Shown here: piece after piece, positions 51,458 to 63,665 of the stretch
Position numbering within the stretch: position 1 is the stretch's first letter
Layout: each line of letters opens with the position of its first letter
DNA from: Anthoceros angustus
Lineage: Eukaryota; Plantae; Anthocerotophyta
DNA length: 64,000 nt
Assembly (NCBI GenBank): GCA_010909165.1
Contig: MU008166.1
Location: 1-64,000 of the forward strand
Direction of reading: 5' to 3'
The notes under the pieces: generated by a model
Database searches by the model: none
What the model saw: the letters and a program-made list of their open reading frames with translations, nothing else
What the model was told of the DNA's origin: nothing
Translations under genes and position numbers: made by a program

Positions 51458-52101
51458 CCCTTCGCGTTCGACGAACACCTTGACAACACGCGCAAACACT
51501 CACTTTACAAGAAGCCAATGCAGCACCCTACACACAAAACCTATCGCTGGACACAGCTGTCGTCTGCAATTCAGAAGACGCTCAATAACAGCCAAATTGG
51601 GAGACACCAGAAGCGCAGCCAGAGCAAACAACACAACGGACACTTTCCACACCTCCATCCCACACCCAAGTACCCTCAGAACTTCAACTTCCGCAGAAAC
51701 ACAGCCGTAAGGACAAAATGCAAGGGATTACATTCTGCCCTAGCCAGTGCGCCTCACAGACGCACGGTGCAAGAGCAAAACAACACAGACAGGTCACACA
51801 GACAGCAAGAACCAGGCAACGAGACCTACCTGCCACGCATGTAAATTCTAGCCGCGGTCTGTCGCCATCGCCTCCAGCATACAAGCTTGCGTACGAATAT
51901 GAAGAACTTGAAGCGCGGGAAACCGTAGTTGCCAGACCTGGTTAGAATACTTGCTTAACCCGGCTACCAAGACTAACGCTGGTTGGCCCCTTCCTCTTCC
52001 AGCGAGGGGTTCCTATGGTTGCACTTCTAACCGGCAAACTGACCTTCACAAACTGGACGTAGCCTAACTCAGCTGAGTGGCGTTTGAGTCGCGTCTCGCA
52101 G

Positions 52102-53214
52102 ATGAGTGCGAGGAGGAAGGCAGGGGCGATGATGCTCGCGGCGGGGAGAGCGGCCGGCTATGGCGGCGCGGGAAGGAAGAGGATGAGACGTCTCGGCCTG
52201 GATTGGGCTTTGATGAGGCAGCTTAGTACGGAGAGCGTGGTGATGGATGCTGCCAGGGACTCGCATCTGCGAGGGATTCCGAGGGCGATCGTGCTCACCA
52301 CCGTAGGAGCCGCCTCCAAGTTGTACACATCCTTTCTGAATTCCACGACTGTGCACAATTTGGAGACGCTGACAGAGTTGATCAAGTCGCGGCCCAAAGG
52401 AACGCCTCTGCTCACGGTCAGCAACCACATGTCCACGCTGGATGACCCGCTCATGTGGGGTTTGCCTGGCATTTCGGCCTTGGATCACAAGCTCATCCGC
52501 TGGATTTTGACTGCAGAGGACATTTGCTTCACGAATCCCGTCTTCTCCTACTTCTTCCGGCTAGGGAAGTGCATTCCGGTGACACGCGGGGGAGGAATCT
52601 ACCAGCCGGCCATGGGGGAGGCTCTGGAGCGGATCAACGAGGGCGAATGGCTGCACACGTTCCCGCAAGGGAAGGTGATTCAGGACCTCGGCCCGCTGCA
52701 ACGGTTGAAGTGGGGGATCGGGAGCCTCATTGCGCGTGCCGCTGTGCCGCCTATCGTGTTGCCTCTTGCTCACAGCGGGTTTGAGAAGGCGATGCCGGAG
52801 TCGTATTTGTTTGGGCGACGGCCGCTGGTTCCCCTCATTTTTAAGAGGCTCTGTATTGTTGTCGGGGAGCCCATGCATTTTGATATTCCTCGGCTCAAGC
52901 AAATGGCGCAGCAGGCAGCAACTGTATCCAGGTTTCATCCTCCCGGTTTTGTTTCTGCGGATCGTGAGGTTCGTGAAGCGAGGGCCAACATTTCCGGTGC
53001 TGAATTGCAGATTGAGAGCCTTGGTTTGTCCGCTGGAGTTTCCAGGATATTTCATGCCAACCTGCGAACTCAGCGTCAGTGTCCAGTATCTTCTGACGGA
53101 CCTACTCTTGATGAGACTGCCACTAAGTGGATGTACTCCCATGTCACAGAGCAAATCCGGGTTGCATTGCAACAGCTTGTCGATAAGGCCAGGGACATTA
53201 ACAACAACCGCTGA
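52102..53214 (+). CDS. Tafazzin-family lysophospholipid acyltransferase / NAPE synthase-like (At1g78690-type), intronless
   Basis: HX4D motif SNHMSTLDDP, plus AEDICF, GKCIPVTRGGGIYQ, WLHTFPQGKV and LKWG. Confidence 0.93.
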   Translation: MSARRKAGAMMLAAGRAAGYGGAGRKRMRRLGLDWALMRQLSTESVVMDAARDSHLRGIPRAIVLTTVGAASKLYTSFLNSTTVHNLETLTELIKSRPKGTPLLTVSNHMSTLDDPLMWGLPGISALDHKLIRWILTAEDICFTNPVFSYFFRLGKCIPVTRGGGIYQPAMGEALERINEGEWLHTFPQGKVIQDLGPLQRLKWGIGSLIARAAVPPIVLPLAHSGFEKAMPESYLFGRRPLVPLIFKRLCIVVGEPMHFDIPRLKQMAQQAATVSRFHPPGFVSADREVREARANISGAELQIESLGLSAGVSRIFHANLRTQRQCPVSSDGPTLDETATKWMYSHVTEQIRVALQQLVDKARDINNNR

Positions 53215-53933
53215 GATCTCTACAGGCAAGAATGCTCAAATTTTTTGAGTTGGCTCAGTCCTTCCTACACCTATATTTGGTGAGGCTGGGTACCATTTGG
53301 CTAGGAACTTCATCTTCACATTGGAGATGTCTGTGTAAACCCCCTTCTTACTCAGGGTCGCGATAACTGTGACACCCAGGAGTGCAGATTATGCAGCTCA
53401 CTTTGACTGGCCAGGTGACGGGTTGTGGGTGCCATCGCTGTGCACGTCAGGCCCTCAAATTGTAGAAAACTTCATGCTGGTGAAGACAAGGAATGGGAAC
53501 TGGTGAGATGGTTGTACGTTTAATTTATTACTGGAGAAGCCGGGATTGGCGAAGTAAAGGGCCATGAAGGTATTGCACCGAACTTCCAAGGTAGGGGCAT
53601 CGACTTCATGGAGCTCATTCGCCCTATCTCAGAATGCGAGAAGGAAACCAGTTCGCCATCCGGCCTCTCCGTCTCAAAAAAATGTTTTCTGGAACGGGGA
53701 GAGCCCCAGCAATAGCTCTAACCTGTAACATCACCCAGACGAGTAGGAAAGAATGCAGCCTTCGATGGCGAGAACCCCACCAATAGCACTGTCCTGTGAC
53801 ATTACCTAGCAACAGCACACTACTATGATACAGTTGAGGCTTGTAACTCCAGCGTCATGAGCAGAGGCCAACTTTCAAAGCTAGGAAACACAACCCCCCG
53901 TAGCCCGCTTGTTTTGGATTTCTTCCTGCAGCT

Positions 53934-55455
53934 TCAGAAGGGAAAGCTGGTATCCGACGACTTTTTAACCATCAGAACCCTCCGCCTTCGTCCCAACCAG
54001 GCACTCATCCATGAGGGGTCAGATGCAACCACCTCATACCCGGCCCGAGAGTAGAGTGCCCTCGCCCGTGGGTCATCCTCATATGCGTGAAGAACCAAAT
54101 TTTCGAAGTTCCATTGTCTTGCCCTCAAGTCACAGGCTTCTAAAAGAAGAGTGGCAACACCCTGACGTCTGCGTATCAGGACATTTGTCAGACGTTGTCA
54201 CAGCCTGAGGGGAATAGCACACACGATCGAGGATGCCGGAGACAACTAGATAGGTGTAGAGACACTGATACGATACCTGTGTTCTTCGTTGACGGCCATC
54301 CCACTAACATACAGGTACTCTTTAGCGCCATTGAGATGACTCAGTACTTTAGTATCTCCATAGGCTGTAACATCCACTGCACCCACGATCTCCGGTAGCT
54401 CTCCTGATGAAGGGTCCGTTACCGTTTCCGCGATAAGGCATGAATACCTGTCCATGTCGCAGGAAATATGTTGAGAGTCTCCAGTGGCACACCTATACAA
54501 TCTCCTAAATCGAACAAACTACGGGCCAGTTCATTGACATTATTGGGTATAACAAACCTGTTAGGAGCTGACGTTCTGATCCTGTACAAAAGAGCGCTCA
54601 AGACTTCGGCCTGCACTCATAAACCAAATTAGTAATAGAACACTTAGTCTAACACCTGACAGTCCTGTGAAACTTTGACAAAGGTTACTACAACGACTGG
54701 TCCATGCTGCAAAACAAGGACAGCAACTCAAGGTTCATAAAGACTGTCAGAATCACCTTAAAGAAGTCAAAGAACAGGTCATCAAATGCTGGCGCGGGAG
54801 TGTGGAATGCCCTAGCTTGGACGTCCGCTACAACTCTCAGCTCCTCCATACTACCAATATCCACTTCCCGTGCTAACCATCCAAAGCCACTCACCAGGAT
54901 CTCTCCCTCACCAGAAACAGACACCTCCTCCTCTTGCTGATCAAACGCCCTGGATCCGTTCGATGGCACACCTCCGGCACCGGCAGCGGCTGCATACAAT
55001 TTGAACTCATTGGCCACACTCCCAGCAATCCCCCTCTCAGTCTCTGATGAGTCTGCAGCTAACTTGCATGTGTGGAAGCCGCACCGGCCTGCATTCCAAG
55101 GCAGACCTACACTGCGCATTCCCCATACCCCACCTCTGTTGTCCAGCATAGACGCACACACATGAAGACTGGACTGCTTTCTTCTACCACAAGCCCTCAG
55201 GCTGTTCAGATTCCTCGGCAGTCCATCCATGCTCTGATCCAAATGGCAACCCAGAAGTCTTGCACTGCTGCAGCCATACCCTCCCTGCTTACTTGCCGAA
55301 GAGCAGACGAGGCTGCCAGTAGCTCCGACACCCTCTTTATCCTTGAGGGACACAAACCCTCCAACCGCATTCTCACGGCCGATTGGAGAGGAGCACACGC
55401 CAACCGAACTCACCTGGCCCTTGACGTGGGCATAAACCAAGGAGTGCGTAGCCAT
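53934..55455 (-). CDS. NAA70: Plastid GNAT N-acetyltransferase (NAA70/At2g39000-like), 4 coding exons
   Basis: FFK|AEVLSALLYR, YSCLIAE, VGAVDVT, EYLYVSGMAV..R|RQGVATLLLEACD, LHAYEDD..ARALYSRAGY, WLGRRRRVLM. Long transit peptide. Confidence 0.88.
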
Positions 55456-56649
55456 AGGCGCTTACACTGACCCCACTGCTGACAACCCTGCCAAGATCAA
55501 AATGCTGGCTCTCCAGATTCGTCAGAACTCTGCATCACTCAGCTTAGTGCTGTCTCCTCCATGACTACCGTTCAACAGCGAGTCCAACTCCACGAAGCTT
55601 GATACCCCGGAGGCCAATGCAGAGGGGGAAATAGATCACAGCGCCCTGCCTACCTTCCGGCAAAGCTCCACTGACGCCCGTGCACTTGGCAAGCCACGAC
55701 TGCGGAAGTTTCTTGTCCTACATTTGCAGAAGCTTCTAGTCCTACAGTTTCCCTCCTCCTTCCGGGCTCCGGAGACAACATGATCCTACAGCTTGCCGCA
55801 AAACAGTGCCTGCCTCCCTTCACGCGCTGGCTTGTCATTCGCTCCCAGCGTATACACCCGAGCAAGAGCCCGCAGCGTCGTCCCGCGCGCAGATCGAATT
55901 CTAGGAATGGATAATGCCCACCTGGGCTTTATGGACAGACATTATTTTGACATCGCCGGGACGTTCAATTTTGCGCTATCGGTTCAGAAAGTCTCCACGT
56001 TCCCGTCTGCCGGTTCAGGAGGTTTCTATCGTAAACTTTACGGAGCATTCAACGGCACACCAACCATCCTCGACAACCCTAGTACTGTACCTAGTGTTAC
56101 TTTATTTTCTTCTTCTTTTGGTGAATAGGTAAATCAGATATTTACAGTTCGTTTAACCCCAGAATGTCCATCGAACTCAATTTGAATTTTTGGGCCAAAA
56201 ATATTTTTTGACAGCCAAAAATCTGAAGGCCCTCGTTAGAATGTTCATGGCGTCCTCCTCTATGGAACCGTGTATGGAGCCCTGCCCTACATTGCCCAAA
56301 GAATTGACTATGGGCCATGATTTGCCTTTAGACACAAGTTGTGTTCCCATTCTCTCTCCTCCAAGAAGGACCTTCTCTCTACGAGCGGGTGTATACTGCA
56401 ATACATGTTCGCATTCCACATTTCTGCCATCGTGCCGAGTACCAAGTTTTGTGGAACCTATGGGAGGTGCGTCAGGAAGGCTAGTTACGTAAGCAATTTT
56501 GTAGCGCGTGTTTTTGTTTATTATCAAAAATCCTTTCAATGGAATACTCATGTCATGTTTTACCTCAAAAACATCTTCATGGTTGGCAGACCTCATGGTA
56601 TTCTAGAATTGCGAACTTTGAAAAACATCATTGTCATTCTCGTCATGTC

Positions 56650-57620
56650 TACAAGTAAGGAACATATCTTCTTCAAGTAGCCCATGTAGGAAAGCTATCT
56701 TGACGTCAATTTGATAAATTATGAGATTGAAGTGGGCTGCAAGCACTAGGAGAATTCTTGCAGCTGTGGATTTCACTCCTGGGGCAAAAGTCCCGTTGAA
56801 GTCTAAACGTGGCGCTTGACTGTATCCCGTGGCCACAAGTCTGCCTTTGTATCGACCTACGCTGCCATCAATCTTTAGTTTCTTTTTAAAAATCTACTTG
56901 CAATCTACAGGCTTGCGACTAGCAGAAAGGTCAACAAGATTCCAAGTGTTGATTTCTATCAAGGATGAGTACTATGAATCGATGACTTGTTTCCACTACT
57001 CAGCTTCTGGACGTGTCACTGCTTCTAGATAGGTGGTTAGCTCATCAAGAGAAGCTGCTACACTAAGTATATAAGCAGGAGGTAAAGGATATGAGGTTAC
57101 AACACTTGCTACATAGTCTGGTTGCCATTCACTAGTACTACAGTGGCGACGTCGACGTACTCTTGATGGACGACAGAGAGGAGGGGCTTCTAAGGGTTCA
57201 TCTGCAACGAGCTCAACGTCAATACCGTCAGTAGGGACAGCGTCTACACGGATAACAGCATCTACAGGGTCAACTTCATTTTTAGCAATTGTTGTATCAA
57301 CTGCTACAAGTTGTTGGAGATCAGGTTGTTATTTTGGAAGGTATTGGAAAGCGGGTGCTGGTGGTTGTTGGTGCTACAAATCTGCTCCCTCTAAAGCTTG
57401 AAGCTCATCCTTGTAGTGAAAAATAGTGACAGAAGCTGGATCAATGGAGTCTTCATCATTAGGCACATCGTGATAGGAGGGAGCCTCCTCTGCAGGGGCT
57501 TGAGGAAGAGGATGTCGAGTATGCCATCGTAAAAGAGCTTGTTCATGAAATACCACACTACGAGAGATGGTCAGTGTTCGACTTACAGGATCAAAAAGTT
57601 CATAGCCCTTTACATCTTCT
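56650..57620 (-). mobile_element. Ty1/Copia pol remnant (integrase C-terminal/SH3-like region, linker, N-terminal RT)
   Basis: KGYELFDP..LTISRSVVFHE, NTWNLVDL, RYKGRLVATGYSQ, TFAP, IYQIDVKIAFLHGLLEED. Truncated at both ends. Confidence 0.9.
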
Positions 57621-57621
57621 G

Positions 57622-57720
57622 AATTCTACAACAACGGAGCGCGAAGCCTTGGGTATGATATACTCGGTGAGGAAGTTTAGGCATTATCTGCTATCTAATG
57701 AGTTCGTATTTCATGTGGAT
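57622..57720 (+). mobile_element. Short Ty3/gypsy RNase H fragment
   Basis: Translates TTTEREALGMIYSVRKFRHYLLSNEFVFHVD. Confidence 0.8.
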
Positions 57721-57816
57721 TGAAAATTCCTTCCTCCTCTCCCCCGACTAGACACCTGCAAGCACACTCATGTCTCTTTCACCAGCAACTTGTTAAAGCA
57801 AAGAATTTCCGGCTAG

Positions 57817-58584
57817 CGCCACAAGCACGATTATGCGCAACATTTCTCCCCTCTTGTCAGCATTATGAAAGATGGAAGAGGGTTGACAACTTGCTTTGCA
57901 GAGAAGGCAGTGGAACATAAGTTGTGTTATAACACAGCAGATGATAGGGTGGTATGCCCATATCAAAAGCCAATAAGATTGTTGAAGAATCTCATTGAGC
58001 TGTACACTATGGAAGGCGAGTGGGTCTTGGACAGGTGTGCAGGCTCTGGGTCAGGAATGGTAGCAGCTCTCAAGTCTGGGCGCAATGTCATTTCAATAGA
58101 CGTAGATCCCAGAGCAGTTCAGTTCATGGATCTACGACTGAATAATTTGGATGCCTAGCCAAACGAGGAGGAGGAGGTGGGAGAGATCGAAGGCTATGCA
58201 AGACCCAAGACGTTTAGCAAAGAGCCGACGGTGAACTCACTGGCAGGTGGCCGGGGCAGTTTTGTGGCTCTGAAGTGGCATGCGATCGGCAAGTGAGCCA
58301 CATCTGGAGATATGATAGAGACACTAATGTTTGGTGTTGTGGGAGATGTGTGTGCAGGTGCATTGGCAGATGGTGAGAAAACTGCAGGAGATGTCTTGGG
58401 CGAGACGCGTGCAGATGATGACCTGGGTGCAGCACTCGCATTTGGGCACGATGATGGGCAAGAGCAGGCTCTCATTGAGTCGTTGACCGAGAAGTATGAT
58501 CCACTAGTGGACTCCCCTGCTAGCGCATGGGTGGACAGCCAGAAAAGATTTCTAGCATTTGAATCGTTTAGTGGGAATATGTGA
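57817..58584 (+). pseudogene. C-terminal half of a beta-class N4-cytosine/N6-adenine DNA methyltransferase (N6_N4_Mtase-like) with acidic tail
   Basis: PYQKPIRLLKNLIELYTMEGEWVLDRCAGSGSGMVAALKSGRNVISIDVD matches the pattern of motifs X-I-II (P.QKP..L..LI..T..G..VLDPF.GSG...AA...GR..I..E/D). The same frame continues through two stops into ORF 58312..58584. Confidence 0.75.
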
Positions 58585-60789
58585 GGAGGATGCGATTTCG
58601 AAGCACAGTCTTTGGACTCCTGAACAATAGATTTGTGTTTTCAATTGTATTGAGGCATACATGCCTTTTGACTGTCTAGCCTAGACACCGGACAGCCGGT
58701 GCTGAGGCGGGTGTCCGGTGCTGTCCCGTTGCCTTAAAGTGTCCCGTGGTCCTTCGCTGCGAGCCTTCCAGCATTCATGTTTGAGTATTGTCACCCTTCA
58801 CAAAGGGATGATGAAACATTTGTTCATTGACAATCTGAAACAGCAGTTAGATAAATCAAAACGGGTGATTGCCAACCCGAGCAGTAGGATTTCACTCAAC
58901 GGGGGATGCTGAAACTGGTGTTGATTGCCAATCTGAAACTGCTGATTGGTAGATTGAAACGACTGATTGCCAAACCCAACAACGGAATTTTTCTCATACG
59001 CTGCAAACAGGTGAATGATCACTTTCCGGCGCAGTCCCTTTACTCATTTCTTTTTTACCAGTATACGCGATGGCACATTGGCGTGCACGACACGTGATGG
59101 TGAACCAGAACCTTGAAGCAGCTCCAATTCCAAATCTCTACGTTGTGAAACATGGCCTAACATTGTAGCGGAATGGCTTTGCATCCAAACCCCATCTGAA
59201 CAAGTCTAGTCGTGCACGGAAGCAGAACCACTTTGGATGAGCGCGGAGACGATTGAGTGAACGCATTCATGGTATTAAACGTTACATGGCGATACGACTG
59301 CCATGTCCAACTGCAGAGGGAAGGCACGTTTCTCCTATTGTGCGCGAAAGGCATCATACCGCGTACAGTGCGCTGGCACCGTGTGTCCGAATAAAAATCG
59401 GAACCCTTTCAACACAAGGTGAACGATGCGCGGTCGTACCGGATGACCGGGGTCGAGCCGTTTCACATGCTGAATTGTTCCCCACCACTTTCTTGTTTAT
59501 TATGTGAACGCTTATACCTACAATTTTGATATCTTGGTTGGTGTGAAAATGTGCAGTCAGATCGCACATCGGGTATTCATCTTCAAATCTTGCATTTTGT
59601 TTAAGGGTAGTTGATATAGTGTGGAGGGAAAAGGCTAAAATTAGTAAACAAAACTTGAAATGCGGCTTCATTTCAGAACTCTTCATTCCTCATACATCAT
59701 TTTTTTGAAAAAAATTAAAAATAGCCTAATACATGGTGTTCCAAAAACAAACCCCTGTTTCCACACCCTCAAAATTAGAGACAAGGAGCTGTCTCTACTT
59801 CTTAGGAGACCTTGTTTCATGAGAAGTGAGATTGGGCTGGCTAGTTCGGGGAGAAGGTCTGGGCTGCACCAAGCTCTACACTCTGCATTTCTACATCTCG
59901 TGAATCAAATCGCTTGCTCCACGTCTGTCAAGGTCCTCCGCTCTGATATCATAAAAAGATTTGAAAGGCAGGAGGCCATAGATGCGCAAGCCAGGAACTT
60001 GAGTAATGCGTGGAGAGCCAGCACAGTTAGGAAGAAGTGATGAATTGATGAATATAGAAATCGGTCTTATGCACAGCCTGATGGTTCTGGTATCCAACCA
60101 TAATGCTAGCATAGAAACTACTCTAACTGCTAGAGTGAAAAGGGTAGATGCCTTTAAAATCTCATTACTTACAAGTATTTTGTAGCAACTCTTTGCAAGG
60201 CGTTGTTGAAAGCGACCTTGGGGAGTTTGCGAGGTATTGTTATTTCTTAATACAAGTACCTGGGTGCCATCCCCTTGATTGTCAGAAAAAAGTTTGTATT
60301 GTAAATTGTCACAGTTTTTGAGCGCGTCGGCCTACCTCGTATGAGATCTAAAGCGCGAGATTACCTTGTGAATAATGATAATGATAAAGTACTCGAGAGA
60401 CACTGTGGTTTGGAAAGTCATGTTGACACGCATCGTGGTTGGGGAAGCCATGCTCAATCTAGATATATGGAGAGAGACTGGAATAGTGAAGTGCAATGTT
60501 AGGTAATGAGACATTTGTGTGTATTACCATATGATAGACAATAGCCCCTCACATTAGGCCCTTAAGTTGGAGCAAGTTCTAATCGTACTAAGTTGATAAA
60601 ATAGATGTGTATATATTTAATAAAAATTAAAATTTAATAAAAAGTTTTAAGAGAATATTAAAATTTGAAAAAATCATATAGATTTAAAATTTATTATTTT
60701 TTAAAATAATTATTTTGGCACTATCCGGTTGAATAGTCCCTTGGGTACCATATTGTTGTCCTCTCCGTTGGTCTTCACCCTATCCGCTA

Positions 60790-60981
60790 GTCGATTAGAA
60801 TATCAAGGTAATTTTTAGTTAGTTTAATTCAAGATAAGTGTGGTCCTATTGTAAGTCGTTTAGAGTATCGAGGTCATCTCTAGTCAATCCAATTCAAAAC
60901 AAGTGTGGTCCTATCTGCTGATCGTTTGGAAAATCAAGGTCATCTCTAGTCAATTCAATTCAATTCAAGATAAGTGTGGTC
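60790..60981. repeat. ~65-bp imperfect tandem repeat x3
   Basis: ATC(A/G)AGGT(A/C)AT..AATTCAA..AAGTGTGGTC occurs three times. Confidence 0.8.
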
Positions 60982-61085
60982 TCACGCATACATCCCCCCA
61001 AGCGAGGTCAAGCGTGCCCTTCAGGGACAACACCATCAGCAATATACCATTTCCTGCAAAAGTATTTCATGCTTGCGCCTCTAGT

Positions 61086-61215
61086 CCTAGTAGAATATGA
61101 CATCGAATTTTCAAAAGACCGACGGTTATGCATATATATATGTATATGTCTAATCCTATTAGAATATGACCTCGAATTTTCAAAAGAGTAACGGGTATGT
61201 ATGTCCATATGTATA
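61086..61215. repeat. ~68-bp imperfect direct repeat x2
   Basis: TCCTA.TAGAATATGAC.TCGAATTTTCAAAAGA occurs twice. Confidence 0.8.
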
Positions 61216-61864
61216 TACATATACATCCTTCTCGATGGCTCTAATAATCCTAGGTACAAATTTGATGCAGCGTCCGCACTACGCGTAGTCAAGTTTCATA
61301 CCTGCCAAGGACAGATTCATGTAGGGATGAGGACGAATTCACATGGCGGCAAAAGCTGCAAATTTAAAGGAAGTCAAGTTGATGCCAGTAGATCAAGCTA
61401 GCCGCTAGGATTATGGTTTTATGTAGGTAGTAAAATTTCAATACAGCGAGAGCAAAATAATACATCATTTAATAATAATAATTGCTGCTTGAGTAAAATG
61501 GATATTTGGGACGAAGAGAAAAGTAATTTAGAGGTGTCCCGAGGAAGGCATGACCTACATAGGTGAACCTACAAAGCATAGCGTTCACAATCACAGCTGC
61601 AGATTAACATGCGGGATCAACAATTGCAACTAGGCGAGTCAAGACCTCGTAAGTAAATAGATACATGTGGCTTATAGCAGCCACATACATAACGCCCATA
61701 TGAAAAGACTTATGTACGAAATTATGTACTTGAACATTTTTCCCATTAAAGGAGCTCATGTAGATTTTCAAACTAGTAAGGCAAATAGGAAAAATATCGT
61801 ATATGTACTTCCTAGTGATAAAGTATCAAAAACGATTCGAATTCGTTACGAAATTTGCTGAAGC

Positions 61865-63518
61865 CTAAATCTCATCAGGCTCCTCCTCATCAAATGGATC
61901 TCGTTCAGGGAAGTCTCCAACCTGGCCATGGGCACAACCTGCATGAATAAGGGAACAACAAGCTAACGCTGCTGTAAATTAATGTACCAGCCCCAGCAGA
62001 AAGCAGCACCTTCACTTTGTCGGGACGCAGCATGGCACCAAATCCTTGAGGACAAGTGAAGTATCTTCTGCCTTTGACCCTGAAACCATGAAATTCATCC
62101 ACGGTCTGTTACTGCTACCAAACCAGGACAGGACAATATCTTTGACACGAAAGAACCTTAAGATAGGCAACATTAACAGACAGAAAACCACAGCAAACGT
62201 ACATTCCATCATGTTTGCCCACAGGTTCGTCGTAATGGACTCCAATCCAGTAACCAGGACCCAGACCCTCAGCCTTGCCCACGAACATTACAACACCGCG
62301 CTTGGCTCCAGGATCTACCTCACACCTGTCCCCCACCTGCAGACTTATTGTTATCTCTCCAACTAGTTTATTCCCTATGAGAAGGTGAGGTGGTAAACAG
62401 GGCAGAAAGGGACGAGGATAAAAGCACAGAGAGCTAACATATATGCTGGCCGCGAGATCTGCCATGTGCTCATCCGTCAGAGTCTGAAAATGAAGCCAAC
62501 TGTTTAGCACATGAAAGAAGCGACAGCAGAAACATTACCTTAGACTCAAGGAGAATATTGGCTGCTTTCTCAAATACCTGTAAGTCTGGAAACTTTTCTC
62601 CCCTGCGCATTGCCATTTCCTGTAGACAAAACACAGTCATGAGAAGTAGACCCAGACCAATTTGTACTGAGAGCACCGAAAAATCATGACAGTTGCACGC
62701 TGGAGGATGCACCTTCTCCAGGGTCCAGGTAGGATCTGCAGCGAGTTTCTTGGCCTTGAACTTTCTGAACGAGTCTGCATAGTGCAAGTGCACAATCAGA
62801 ACTTTTACGCTCACAAGCAAGGGACGGTGGGGAAGTGTTTGCTCTGGAGAAAGTACCCTCTCGCTTATCGTAATCTTCTTCAGAGATTTTGTACTTCTCA
62901 ACAAGGGACACATCTTCCAACCAGCCATGAGAGGAGATGGACATGGGATCAATGTCCACCACATGAATTCGATACCTGAACCGAAAACCATCGAATCACC
63001 CTTATGAGCTGTTCTCACTGCCGCGGGGAAGCACTGCAGTGCCATGTCTCCACCACCCAGCTGTCCATTCTAGCTTCTGCTGAAAAAGTAGGCGAATTGT
63101 GACCTACCCATCTCTAGGCGAGTAGAACCCCAACTGCTTATCGCCTTCAGAGAGCTCACAAACCTTGGTGTCACAGCTATCATAGAGCTCCAATCTCTGT
63201 GCCTCCACGGGTGTTCCCGTATGGTTCCTCAGCTTCTCCTTGATGGCTTCCACAGTAATCTGCACACACACTCCAGGTTCAGACAGACATGACAGGAGCA
63301 AAGTTGGAGGCAAAACAGCACATGTGTAACCTTCCAAGCGCAGCAGCTGCTGGCCACATACAATACCAGCTTCCACTCACATGAAGATCAAACCGAAGTT
63401 CATTGAAATGGTGCTTCAAGTTGGAGTGCGTGACGTGCAATGTCACGGTGTCGTCCCCTTGTCTTTGCCCAGTGGCTTCCACCACAAAGCTCTTCAGAGC
63501 TCCTAGAGATATCGACAT
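61865..63518 (-). CDS. TFCB: Tubulin-folding cofactor B (ubiquitin-like + CAP-Gly domains), multi-exon
   Basis: [37 protein letters not shown]-Gly [39 protein letters not shown], and C-terminal [13 protein letters not shown]. Confidence 0.95.
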
Positions 63519-63665
63519 AGCGGCCTTCTCGAAGGGCACAGTGGTTTACGGCAGGGCAAGGAATTCGCAATGCGGCTCGCCAAGGTCCAAATGTGAAAAC
63601 AGCCAGGAAGGGCGGGAAGCGCTGATGTGCAGACACAAGCCGTTGTTAGTTTAACGGCTCCGTGC

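Noticed and set aside
58156-58296. In-frame stops in the MTase frame repaired by U-to-C RNA editing
   Set aside because: Such editing is known for plant organellar transcripts, not nuclear ones. Methylation-driven C-to-T decay explains the stops more simply.
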